From the NCBI GenBank assembly GCA_015494465.1, contig WGBD01000001.1:25030-89029 (forward strand): DNA of 64,000 nt. The letters run 5' to 3'. Every line of letters starts with the position of its first letter. The first letter of the stretch is position 1. The notes below the pieces were generated by a model. The model ran no database searches, was not told the DNA's origin, and saw nothing but the letters and a program-made list of their open reading frames with translations. The DNA comes from Candidatus Omnitrophota bacterium. Its GTDB lineage: Bacteria; Omnitrophota; Gorgyraeia; S143-82. The translations under genes and the position numbers were made by a program. Positions 32,304-40,983 of the stretch are shown in pieces.

Positions 32304-32696
32304 TTACTCGAGTTCAACAACGGCCCCGGCAGCGGTGAGTTTGTTCTTTATCTCCTCTGCTTCCTCTTTGGAGACGTTCTCTTTCACCTTGGAAGGCGCC
32401 TTGTCGACCAGTTCCTTTGCCTCCTTGAGACCGAGGTTGGTAATAGCCCTGATCTCCTTTATGACCTGTATCTTGTTGGGCCCGGCCTCCTTCAGGACCA
32501 CGGTGAAGGAGGTCTTCTCCTCCTCAGCGGGAGCACCTGCGCCCGCACCTGCCATTGCACCGGGGGCCATTGCCATCACCGGAGCGGCTGCCTGCACGCC
32601 GAACTTGTCCTCCAAGGCCTTCACCAACTCGGAAAGCTCCAACACGGTGAGGGAACTGATTTCCTCGATAATCTGGTTCAACTTTTCACTAGCCAT
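32304..32696 (-). CDS. rplL: 50S ribosomal protein L7/L12
   Basis: [34 protein letters not shown]...; Ala/Gly/Pro hinge; ORF track start at 32705. Confidence 0.95.
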   Translation of the reverse strand: MASEKLNQIIEEISSLTVLELSELVKALEDKFGVQAAAPVMAMAPGAMAGAGAGAPAEEEKTSFTVVLKEAGPNKIQVIKEIRAITNLGLKEAKELVDKAPSKVKENVSKEEAEEIKNKLTAAGAVVELE

Positions 32697-32711
32697 CTCA
32701 CACACCTCCGT

Positions 32712-33251
32712 TTACTTACCCTGCTGTTTTTCCTCTATCGCCTTTAAGACGTACACCAACTTGCGCAACACACCGCTTAGCGCACCAACCAGACCGGAAA
32801 GCGGTGCGGAGACCGCACCGACGACCTGCGCGTAGAGATAATCCTTGGAGGGCAGTTTGCTCATCGCCACGATGTCGTCGGCACTCAGGACCCTGCCCTC
32901 TATAACGCCACCAAATATCTGCACCACATCCTTGTTCTGGGTGGCGAAATCCACGACCAATTTGGTAAAGGCAATGGTATCCTCGCAGGGGAAGACCAGT
33001 GCAGACTGGGCCTGACAGAACTGAGCCAATTCGGGCATACCCGCCTGTTCAGCGGACAACTTCGCCAAGGTGTTCTTCACCACCAGCATCCGGGCACCTT
33101 CCTCTCGAAGTTTTCTCCGGAACTGGTTCAGGTCGTTGGCAGAGATGCCAACATAGGTTATGACCACCGCACCGCCCTTCTCCTCGAGGAGGGCCTTTAC
33201 ATCCTCAACTATCTTCTCTCTGGCTATCCTTCCTAACGCTACCGATGCCAT
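32712..33251 (-). CDS. rplJ: 50S ribosomal protein L10
   Basis: 179 aa; L10 family; upstream of rplL. Confidence 0.95.
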   Translation of the reverse strand: MASVALGRIAREKIVEDVKALLEEKGGAVVITYVGISANDLNQFRRKLREEGARMLVVKNTLAKLSAEQAGMPELAQFCQAQSALVFPCEDTIAFTKLVVDFATQNKDVVQIFGGVIEGRVLSADDIVAMSKLPSKDYLYAQVVGAVSAPLSGLVGALSGVLRKLVYVLKAIEEKQQGK

Positions 33252-33265
33252 AGCCCAACTCTCCT

Positions 33266-33946
33266 TTATACAGATATCTTCAGACCCGGCCCCATAGAAG
33301 TGGAGACATAGGCAGACTTGATGAGATTACCCTTCACCGCTTGCGGTTTCAACTCCTTAACCCGTTCTACAAAATGCATTATATTATCAACTAAATGCTC
33401 CTTTGGGAAGGAAATTTTTCCGACCCCGGCATTTATACACCCCTGCCTGTCGGTCTTGAACTCCACCTTACCCGCCTTCACCTCACGAACTGCCTTTGCC
33501 ACATCTTGGGTAACGGTGCCGGTCTTGGGGGAAGGCATAAGGCCTCTTGGCCCGAGTATGCGGCCCAACTTGGACAGTTCCCGCATCATATCCGGGGTGG
33601 CTATCACGCTGTCAAAGTCCAACCAACCATTTGCTATCTTATCTATCAACTCCTTCCCGCCAACGTAGTCTGCCCCTGCCTCCTTGGCTTCCTTTTCCGC
33701 CTCACCGGAGCATATCACCACCACTCGCACCTCCTTTCCCAGGCCATGGGGCAGAACCACCGCACCCCTTATCAACTGATCCGGCTTCCTCGGATCCACA
33801 TTCAAGGCAAGATTGACCTCCACGGTCTCGTCAAACCTGGGCTTAGGCTCTAACTTCTTCAGGATCTCCACCGCCTCCTCTACGGAGTAGACCTTGTTGA
33901 GATCCAGATCCTTTACCAGTTCCTGATAACGCTTGCTCCTTTTCAT
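33266..33946 (-). CDS. rplA: 50S ribosomal protein L1
   Basis: 226 aa; L1 family; between rplK and rplJ. Confidence 0.95.
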   Translation of the reverse strand: MKRSKRYQELVKDLDLNKVYSVEEAVEILKKLEPKPRFDETVEVNLALNVDPRKPDQLIRGAVVLPHGLGKEVRVVVICSGEAEKEAKEAGADYVGGKELIDKIANGWLDFDSVIATPDMMRELSKLGRILGPRGLMPSPKTGTVTQDVAKAVREVKAGKVEFKTDRQGCINAGVGKISFPKEHLVDNIMHFVERVKELKPQAVKGNLIKSAYVSTSMGPGLKISV

Positions 33947-33947
33947 C

Positions 33948-34376
33948 TCAATCTACCACCTTTATTCCCATGCTCCTCGCGGTCCCTTCTACCATCTTTA
34001 TCGCCGACTCCAGATCACCTGCGTTCATATCCTGGAGCTTTTGCTTGGCTATCTCCACCACCTTATCCCGGCTGATCTGGGCAATGGTCTCTCTCCCGGG
34101 AGTGGAAGACGCCTTGGCTATGGCGCAGGCCCTCTTTATCAGCACGGAGGTGGGTGGACTCTTTATAATAAAGTCAAAAGACCTGTCTTCGTAAACGTTT
34201 ATGACCACGGGCAGGATAAGCCCCGGCTCCTTGTCTCTGGTCCTGTCGTTGAACTCCTTCACGAAGGCACCGATGTTGACCCCGTGCTGTCCCAAGGCAG
34301 GACCAACCGGAGGAGCAGGCGTGGCCTGTCCTGCGGGTATCTGCAGTTTTATCTGGGCAACTACCTTCTTTGCCAT
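33948..34376 (-). CDS. rplK: 50S ribosomal protein L11
   Basis: 142 aa; [35 protein letters not shown]... canonical L11. Confidence 0.97.
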   Translation of the reverse strand: MAKKVVAQIKLQIPAGQATPAPPVGPALGQHGVNIGAFVKEFNDRTRDKEPGLILPVVINVYEDRSFDFIIKSPPTSVLIKRACAIAKASSTPGRETIAQISRDKVVEIAKQKLQDMNAGDLESAIKMVEGTARSMGIKVVD

Positions 34377-34393
34377 ACCGAATTCTCCTTAAC

Positions 34394-34924
34394 TTATATC
34401 TTCTCTACCTGCCAGAACTCCAACTCCACCGGGGTAGTACGGCCAAATATGGCCACGGAGACCTTCAACTTCCCCTTCTCCGGGTAGACCTCATCGACCA
34501 CCCCACTGAAGTTAAGGAACGGCCCCTCTATAACCCTAACCGCCTCCCCGGGGAAGAACATAACCCGAGGCGTAGGCTTCTCTTGAGCCTCTTGGGACCT
34601 GCGCATAATCTCCTCAACCTCTCTTTCAGTAAGGGGGGTGGGTTTGTTCCCTGCACCGATAAACCCGGTTACTCCAGGCGTATTGCGAATGGCATACCAG
34701 GTCTCCTCGTCCAGATCCACCTCCACCAATATGTATCCCGGGAAGAACTTGCGCTCGGAGATGCGCTTTTTCCCCTTCTTTACCTCCGAAACCTGTTCGG
34801 TAGGGATGAATATCTGAGAGACCTTATCCTGCAGGCCAAGGGTCTTTATCCTGTCTTCCAACAGGGCCTTGACCTTGTATTCAGAACCCGTATGGGTGTG
34901 CAACACATACCACTTTTTGGCCAT
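34394..34924 (-). CDS. nusG: transcription termination/antitermination factor NusG
   Basis: 176 aa; NGN domain MAKKWYVLHTHTGSEYKV... and C-terminal KOW. Confidence 0.95.
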   Translation of the reverse strand: MAKKWYVLHTHTGSEYKVKALLEDRIKTLGLQDKVSQIFIPTEQVSEVKKGKKRISERKFFPGYILVEVDLDEETWYAIRNTPGVTGFIGAGNKPTPLTEREVEEIMRRSQEAQEKPTPRVMFFPGEAVRVIEGPFLNFSGVVDEVYPEKGKLKVSVAIFGRTTPVELEFWQVEKI

Positions 34925-34927
34925 TCC

Positions 34928-35113
34928 TCACCTCAAAATGAAATTGATCACCTTTAATATCAAAAAATCCACTATCCCGATGTACCCTGCCAACAGGAAC
35001 GTAAATATCAAGACCAACACCGAAGAGGCGAACAACTGCCTCCGCGAGGGCCAAGATATCCTCTTGAACTCTACTATTACGCTACCTATAAAATCCTTGA
35101 CCCGCTGTATCAT
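34928..35113 (-). CDS. secE: preprotein translocase subunit SecE
   Basis: 61 aa single-TM protein immediately upstream of nusG. Confidence 0.9.
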   Translation of the reverse strand: MIQRVKDFIGSVIVEFKRISWPSRRQLFASSVLVLIFTFLLAGYIGIVDFLILKVINFILR

Positions 35114-35133
35114 CCAACAATACCTTTTTCCAA

Positions 35134-35207
35134 CAGGCCTGGAGGGATTCGAACCCCCAACCCGCGGTTTTGGAGACCGCCGCTCTGCCAGTTAGAGCTA
35201 CAGGCCT
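35134..35207 (-). tRNA. trnW: tRNA-Trp (anticodon CCA)
   Basis: Minus-strand 74 nt AGGCCTGTAGCTCTAAC...GGTCTCCAAAACCGCGGGTTGGGGGTTCGAATCCCTCCAGGCCTG; 7-bp acceptor stem, TTCGAAT T-loop, anticodon loop CTCCAAA; no encoded CCA tail. Confidence 0.9.
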
Positions 35208-35361
35208 ACTTCTTCTTGACTTCCCGGTGCAGGGTATGTTTGCGACAGTGCTTGCAATATTTCCTTAATTCCAAGCGCTCCGTGTGGGTGCGCTTATTCT
35301 TGGTATAGTGATAATTCCTATTACCGCACTCGGTGCACTCAAGAGATATCGGCTCTCTCAT
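35206..35361 (-). CDS. rpmG: 50S ribosomal protein L33 (not in ORF track, below 60 aa)
   Basis: Hand translation [51 protein letters not shown] (51 aa), Cys4 zinc-ribbon L33 between the two tRNAs. Confidence 0.85.
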   Translation of the reverse strand: MREPISLECTECGNRNYHYTKNKRTHTERLELRKYCKHCRKHTLHREVKKK

Positions 35362-35379
35362 CGTTGCCCTTTCTTCTTA

Positions 35380-35452
35380 AGCCCACGACCGGAATCGAAC
35401 CGGTGACCTCATCCTTACCAAGGATGTGCTCTACCGACTGAGCTACGTGGGC
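35380..35452 (-). tRNA. trnT: tRNA-Thr (anticodon GGT)
   Basis: Minus-strand 73 nt GCCCACGTAGCTCAGTCGGTAGAGCACATCCTTGGTAAGGATGAGGTCACCGGTTCGATTCCGGTCGTGGGCT; acceptor GCCCACG/CGTGGGC, anticodon loop TTGGTAA. Confidence 0.9.
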
Positions 35453-35516
35453 ACAAAGCAACCTTATGATAAGCCATAATTTTAGTAATCATCAACTCAG
35501 GTGTCAAGGGAAAATT

Positions 35517-37304
35517 TCAATCTATCTTGAGCGTGGCTAAGAAGGCCTCTTGCGGGACCTGGACCTTGCCCATCATCTTCATCCGCTTCTTACCTTCCTT
35601 CTGTTTCTCCCAGAGCTTTCTTTTCCGGGTGATGTCCCCTCCATAACACTTGGCGGTCACATTCTTGGCCAAAGGTCGTATCTTCTCGCTGGCGATTATG
35701 CGCGAGCCTATCGCCGCCTGAACCGAGACCTCGAAGAGCTGGCGGGGGATCAACTCCTTCAACTTGCGCACCACTGCCTTGCCCCGCTCGTAGGCCTTCT
35801 CCCTTGGCACGAGGAAGGACAGGGCATCGGTTGGCTTGCGGTTGAGGAGGATGTCCATCTTGACCAGATCCACCTTTTCGTATCCGTCCAACTCGTAATC
35901 CAGAGAGGCGAATCCCCGAGAGACGGTCTTTAGTTTGTCGTAAAAGTCGGTGATTACCTCAGCCAATGGCAGGCGGAATATCAGCTCCAAGCGGTCATTG
36001 CCCAGATAATTCGTCTGGATGTGTCTGCCCCGCTTTTCCTTGCACAGGTTCATCACCGGCTCTATAAACGAGATAGGGATTATTATGTTTGCCCGGATGT
36101 AGGGCTCATAACTGGCCTCTACCTTCTCGGGTGGGGGCATCTGGGAGGGACTGCGCACCTCTATCTCCTTGCCATCAACCGTCCTGACCTTATACACCAC
36201 CGAAGGGGTGGTAAGGATGAGATCCAACCCGAATTCCCTCTCCAACCGCTCCTGGACTATCTCCATGTGGAGCATCCCTAAAAAGCCACAGCGAAAACCG
36301 AATCCGCAGGCAGTGGAGTTCTCGGGCTCGAACACGAAAGAGGCATCGTTCAGGGACAGTTTCTCCATGGCATCCCGCAGAGCAGGGAAGTCCGCGGGAT
36401 TCACCGGATAGACCCCGGCGAAGACCATTGGCGGGATCCTGCGGTAGCCGGGAAGGGGCCTATCCGTCGGTCTCTTCAGGTGGGTTATCGTATCACCCAC
36501 ATTGACCGAGCGGGGGTTCCTTATGTTGGCAAAGAGATAGCCTACCTCCCCCACCGTAAGGGAGTTAACCGCCACCCTCTCCGGAGTGAGCACCCCTATC
36601 CCCTCCACCTCAAAGGAATCTCCAGTTGCCATAAACTTTATCCTGTCCCCCACCGCCACCGTCCCGTCAAAGACGCGGAAATAGACGATTACCCCCTTGT
36701 ACTGGTCGTAATGGGAATCGAACACCAGGACCCGCAACGGGGCGTCCTTATCGCCTTGGGGTGGGGGTATCTCCTTTACGATGCGCTCCAGTATCTCCTC
36801 GATACCTATGCCCTCCTTGGCAGAGGCCAGTATTATCTCCTCGGATGAGAAGCCCAGTGCCTCCACCTGAGGCAGGACTACGTCCAGATCCGCACTGGGC
36901 AGGTCTATCTTGTTCAGGACCGGGATGACCTTCAACCCCTGCTTGCGGGCCAAGTGGAGATTGGCAATCGTCTGGGCCTCCACCCCTTGAGAGGCATCCA
37001 CAAGGAGCAAGGCCCCCTCGCAGGAGGCAAGGGCCTTGGACACCTCGTAGGAGAAGTCCACGTGCCCGGGGGTATCTATGAGGTTTAATACATATTCCTT
37101 GCCATCCTTGGAGCGATAATTAAGCCGTACCGCGGAGGACTTGATAGTTATCCCCCTCTCCCGCTCCAGTTCCATGTCGTCCAGCAACTGTTCGTGGAAC
37201 CTGCGCTCGTCCACCGCCCCGCAGAACTTTATGATCTGATCCGCAAGGGTGGACTTTCCGTGGTCTATATGGGCTATTATGCAGAAATTTCGTATGTTCT
37301 CCAT
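35517..37304 (-). CDS. lepA: elongation factor 4 (LepA)
   Basis: 595 aa; [29 protein letters not shown], LepA-specific C-terminal domain. Confidence 0.95.
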   Translation of the reverse strand: MENIRNFCIIAHIDHGKSTLADQIIKFCGAVDERRFHEQLLDDMELERERGITIKSSAVRLNYRSKDGKEYVLNLIDTPGHVDFSYEVSKALASCEGALLLVDASQGVEAQTIANLHLARKQGLKVIPVLNKIDLPSADLDVVLPQVEALGFSSEEIILASAKEGIGIEEILERIVKEIPPPQGDKDAPLRVLVFDSHYDQYKGVIVYFRVFDGTVAVGDRIKFMATGDSFEVEGIGVLTPERVAVNSLTVGEVGYLFANIRNPRSVNVGDTITHLKRPTDRPLPGYRRIPPMVFAGVYPVNPADFPALRDAMEKLSLNDASFVFEPENSTACGFGFRCGFLGMLHMEIVQERLEREFGLDLILTTPSVVYKVRTVDGKEIEVRSPSQMPPPEKVEASYEPYIRANIIIPISFIEPVMNLCKEKRGRHIQTNYLGNDRLELIFRLPLAEVITDFYDKLKTVSRGFASLDYELDGYEKVDLVKMDILLNRKPTDALSFLVPREKAYERGKAVVRKLKELIPRQLFEVSVQAAIGSRIIASEKIRPLAKNVTAKCYGGDITRKRKLWEKQKEGKKRMKMMGKVQVPQEAFLATLKID

Positions 37305-37307
37305 CGC

Positions 37308-38306
37308 CTACCTCAGGACATAAAGGCAGACAGCCCACAGGAGATAGATTATACCCAAAAGGTAACTGGCAGGAGAAAGAGGACCTACCTTCTTCACCTG
37401 CCTCATAAGGGCAAAGAGGACAAATATAGAGGTCATCAGCACGATAACCCCGTAAGAGAACAGGTGCTCCAGTGAACCTGCCAACATCGTCCCGGGGATC
37501 AACAGATCCACCACCGGTATGATAACCACATTGAACATATTACTGCCGAAGACATTGCCCACCGCCATATCCACCGCACCGAGCCTTACAGCGGAAATAG
37601 AGACCGTAAATTCCGGCAGACTGGTGGCCATCCCCAACAATATCCCCCCCACCAGCGTACCCCCGAGAGGGACTCCCGCAATTGGGATCTGGGAAATCCT
37701 ATCGCACACCACCGCTATGGCCACTCCTGCCACCACCACCGCGAGCGAGAGAAGACCTATCCGAAGGAGCCTATCTCTATTGAGACCTTCCTTTTCCTCT
37801 CCCTCTCCCTCTCCCTCTCCGTTTGCCTTCTCAGCGCTCCACATCCCCACACCGATGGCAAAGTAGGAAAAGAGGACAATCCAATCCATCGCTGGCATAC
37901 CCGCCAGCGGAAATCCGTAGCCATTGTTGTAGAGATACAGACCCAAGGAGAGCATAGAGATCATCACCAAGGCCCCGAGCGCAGAGACCAGAGACTGTCG
38001 GGATATCGAATAACTGAGGGAATCGCTGACCCGACGATTCGCCAGATCCGCCCATATTAACATACTTATGTTGAACACATTGGAACCGTAGATGTTGCCC
38101 AACCCCAGATCCCAGTTTTTAAGGGCCCCTGCTGTGAGCGTAGAAAGCAGTTCCGGCAGTGAGGTGATAAGCCCCAGTAGGAATACCCCCAAGAATCCCC
38201 TGCCAAGGCCCGTCTCTTCTGCCAGCTCGTCCACCTCGCGAGTCAGATGGGATCCCGCCTTCCATATAAAGACAGCCAAGACGACAAAGGCAACAAAGTA
38301 TAGCAT
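37308..38306 (-). CDS. Na+/Ca2+ exchanger (CaCA) family membrane protein
   Basis: Two alpha-repeat motifs (GNIYGSNVFNI and GNVFGSNMFNV) separated by an acidic loop EKANGEGEGEGEEKEG. Confidence 0.8.
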   Translation of the reverse strand: MLYFVAFVVLAVFIWKAGSHLTREVDELAEETGLGRGFLGVFLLGLITSLPELLSTLTAGALKNWDLGLGNIYGSNVFNISMLIWADLANRRVSDSLSYSISRQSLVSALGALVMISMLSLGLYLYNNGYGFPLAGMPAMDWIVLFSYFAIGVGMWSAEKANGEGEGEGEEKEGLNRDRLLRIGLLSLAVVVAGVAIAVVCDRISQIPIAGVPLGGTLVGGILLGMATSLPEFTVSISAVRLGAVDMAVGNVFGSNMFNVVIIPVVDLLIPGTMLAGSLEHLFSYGVIVLMTSIFVLFALMRQVKKVGPLSPASYLLGIIYLLWAVCLYVLR

Positions 38307-38309
38307 CCA

Positions 38310-39449
38310 CTACCTCCTCCTCAAGAACGCCACCACCTCCACATGTGGGGTGTGAGGGAACATATCCACCGCCTTAAAGTCCACCAACTCGTAGACCGAG
38401 AGCAGATCCTTGAGGTCTGCCATAAAGGTCAGGGGATTGCAGGATATGTATACGAGGTCCCGCGCCCCCAACTTGGCCACCCTATACCGGACCTTAGGAG
38501 GCATCCCAGAGCGTGGGGGATCGATTATCACGCAGTCAAACTGCCCCCGCCAGTTGGGATTCAGGCCTAACAAGGCGCGGACATTTCCCTTGAGCATAGA
38601 GTAGCCCTTTATCCCGTTCAGTAGGAGATTCTGCTTGGCCTCCCCAACCGCCCCGTCGTCCATCTCTATACCCAAGACCTCAAATCCCGCCTTCGCCAAG
38701 ACCAGCCCTATCCCCCCCGAACCCGCATACAGATCCAACACCTTGCCCTGAACATTATTAGAAACGTAATCCTTTACCCAGGCGTAGAGTATCTCCGTGC
38801 TCCAGGGATTGACCTGAAAGAATCCCCGCAGGCCTACCACGAACCTCATCCCGAGGATCTCCTCTACCAGATACCCCGCTCCCCTCAGGTGAACGACCCG
38901 GTCATAACCCACCGCATCCCCCCAACCATCGTGGACCACCCAGTAAAGCGTATCCACCCAGTCCAGATCAGAAAACCGCCGGGCCAACTCCTCTCCCAAG
39001 ACCTGCCCCTGGGAAGAGGTCACCAACGCCAGGAGATATTCCTCCTTACGGGTCCGCTTGACCACCACATACCTCAAGAAGCCCTTGTGAGAGTACTTGT
39101 CGTAGGGGATGAGGGAATGCTCACGGGCGAAATCCCGCAGGACATCAAGTAGTTCGGGCAGGCGCTCGGAAAACAGAAGGCACTCCTGGAGGTCTATTAC
39201 CCTCCGGTTCTGTCCCCTCTGATGGAACCCCAAGAATACCTCTCCCCCCTCACCCCGAGAAAAGGTGAGCTCGACCTTGTTCCGGTAAAAAAAAACGCGC
39301 GGGGAGGGCTCTACCTCGAACTCCGGCAGATCAACCTTGTGCTTATAGGCCTGCTTGTGCACCAGATCCCGCTTGAGGCCCAATTGCTCCTCGTAAGGCA
39401 CATCCTGTATGGCACAGCCTCCGCAGACCCCAAAGTGTTTACACAGCAT
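38310..39449 (-). CDS. RNA (uracil-C5)-methyltransferase, RlmD/TrmA family
   Basis: N-terminal Cys cluster CKHFGVCGGC, SAM-binding VLDLYAGSGGIGLVLA, catalytic region DPPRSG. Confidence 0.75.
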   Translation of the reverse strand: MLCKHFGVCGGCAIQDVPYEEQLGLKRDLVHKQAYKHKVDLPEFEVEPSPRVFFYRNKVELTFSRGEGGEVFLGFHQRGQNRRVIDLQECLLFSERLPELLDVLRDFAREHSLIPYDKYSHKGFLRYVVVKRTRKEEYLLALVTSSQGQVLGEELARRFSDLDWVDTLYWVVHDGWGDAVGYDRVVHLRGAGYLVEEILGMRFVVGLRGFFQVNPWSTEILYAWVKDYVSNNVQGKVLDLYAGSGGIGLVLAKAGFEVLGIEMDDGAVGEAKQNLLLNGIKGYSMLKGNVRALLGLNPNWRGQFDCVIIDPPRSGMPPKVRYRVAKLGARDLVYISCNPLTFMADLKDLLSVYELVDFKAVDMFPHTPHVEVVAFLRRR

Positions 39450-40338
39450 ACCCCAGCTCCCTTATAAGATCGGGATCGTTCATCCAATCCTCGTCTACCT
39501 TGACCCACAGATCCAGATGCACCTTCTTGCCAAACAACAACTTCAACTCCTTCCTGGCCCTCGTGCCCGCAGCCTTAATGAGCTGTCCCTCCCTACCAAT
39601 AATTATACCCTTGTGCCTGTGCTCCTTGGTAATCACCACTGCCTTTATATATATAAGGTCTGGCCTCTCTTCCCTAATCTCCTCAACCACCACCGTAAGA
39701 TAGTGGGGGATCTCCTCGCGCAAGAGGTTAAGGAATTTTTCTCTAATTACCTCTGCCACAAAGAGTTTCAACGGAAAATCCGTCTTCATGTGCTCGGGAT
39801 AGTAATAGTGATCCGCAGGAGGCAAGAGCTCAAACAGGGCATCTATAACCTCATCTACCCCTTCTCCTCGAATAGCGGAGACCGGGATAAAGTACTTGGT
39901 AATCTCCTTCGTCTCCTCGATGTAGTCGTTCACAAAGCCCTTACCCTTGTCCTTTTTATTGAGGGCGACCACCACCGGCTTGGAGACCTCCTTGAGGGTA
40001 TCAATGATAACCCGCTCCTCCTGCCCAATCTTGTCGTGGATGTCCACCACATAAAGGACCGCATCCACATTCTGCAGGGCAGTGAAGGCAGTGTTGTTGA
40101 ACCGCTTAGCCAAGGGAAAGCGTATGAGATTTATCCCCGGGGTATCCACGAAAACGATCTGTCCCCGGTCATCGGTGTATATTCCCCTCACCTGATGGCG
40201 GGTGGTCTGGGGAACCGGAGATATAATAGAGACCTTGTGATTCAATATAGCGTTCAGCAGGGTAGACTTCCCCGTATTGCATCGTCCCACTATGGCAACA
40301 AACCCAGCCTTTTTGGACATAGCGGTATATTCTATCAC
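39439..40338 (-). CDS. era: GTPase Era
   Basis: G1 GRCNTGKST, G3 DTPG, G4 NKKD, C-terminal KH domain; TAGAAT 9 nt upstream of ATG without Shine-Dalgarno. Confidence 0.93.
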   Translation of the reverse strand: MIEYTAMSKKAGFVAIVGRCNTGKSTLLNAILNHKVSIISPVPQTTRHQVRGIYTDDRGQIVFVDTPGINLIRFPLAKRFNNTAFTALQNVDAVLYVVDIHDKIGQEERVIIDTLKEVSKPVVVALNKKDKGKGFVNDYIEETKEITKYFIPVSAIRGEGVDEVIDALFELLPPADHYYYPEHMKTDFPLKLFVAEVIREKFLNLLREEIPHYLTVVVEEIREERPDLIYIKAVVITKEHRHKGIIIGREGQLIKAAGTRARKELKLLFGKKVHLDLWVKVDEDWMNDPDLIRELGYAV

Positions 40339-40378
40339 AAAAGAGTAGAATCCTCCCCACTAATCCACCCCCGGATCT

Positions 40379-40416
40379 ATGACACAGATTCTTCCAGAAA
40401 GATTTTGTCTCATTTC
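40379..40416 (+). repeat. copy B of the 38-nt element, antisense to flanking genes
   Basis: ATGACACAGATTCTTCCAGAAAGATTTTGTCTCATTTC in the 309-nt spacer between the small membrane protein gene and era; opens plus-strand ORF 40379..40711. Confidence 0.6.
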
Positions 40417-40647
40417 CCAGAGGTCACGGACAAAAAACTATAGGAAAAACGAACGAGAAGACATAGTACAGGCCCATCCAGGTCCTATAACGAAACAGAC
40501 AGCAGATTGCCCTCTGATCGTTTTTAATCCACCTCCGTGTCCTAAAAAAGGAGAGAAAAGAGGCAACCGCCCGCTGAATCCCAATGCGAACTTTATTTTT
40601 ATTTCCGGAGCCCGTTCTCTTATCTCTGCATCACCTAGATCTCACTT

Positions 40648-40968
40648 CTATCCCCTAAGGCCCTGCCAAATACCCCAACCTATCAGTACCAAAACAAAAA
40701 AAACGAGGTAGGCCACAGCGAGAATAAATCGCATCCGGGCGATAGCCCTCGCCCCTTCGACCTTAGGGGAGTCCATCTTCTCTCCGAAAAGGATACGCAA
40801 AACAATCCCTGTTCTGCCCGGAGCGATATCGGCGATACTTTCCGGTCTGCCTAATCTCCCCCACAGATCGGACCCTTCCTCTCTCATCAGACGGATAAGC
40901 CTTTCCACTGCTTGCAGATACCACACAAAAAGCCCAAACCCTATAAATACCACTGCAAAACTAAACAT
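40648..40968 (-). CDS. hypothetical small 2-TM membrane protein
   Basis: 106 aa with two hydrophobic helices; 16 nt downstream of TPM-PDZ gene on same strand. Confidence 0.45.
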   Translation of the reverse strand: MFSFAVVFIGFGLFVWYLQAVERLIRLMREEGSDLWGRLGRPESIADIAPGRTGIVLRILFGEKMDSPKVEGARAIARMRFILAVAYLVFFVLVLIGWGIWQGLRG

Positions 40969-40983
40969 CCTCCCACCTTCTAG

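Noticed and set aside
40339-40647. Possible known structured ncRNA (SRP RNA, 6S, RNase P, tmRNA) in the long spacer
   Set aside because: No SRP domain IV motif, tmRNA tag-encoding ORF or RNase P conserved regions recognisable by eye; would need a covariance-model search to exclude.
40379-40711. 110-aa plus-strand ORF starting at repeat copy B
   Set aside because: Translation is Pro/Lys/Arg-rich low complexity with no domain signature and overlaps the 3' end of the minus-strand membrane gene; retained only as a possibly transcribed element, not as a confident CDS.
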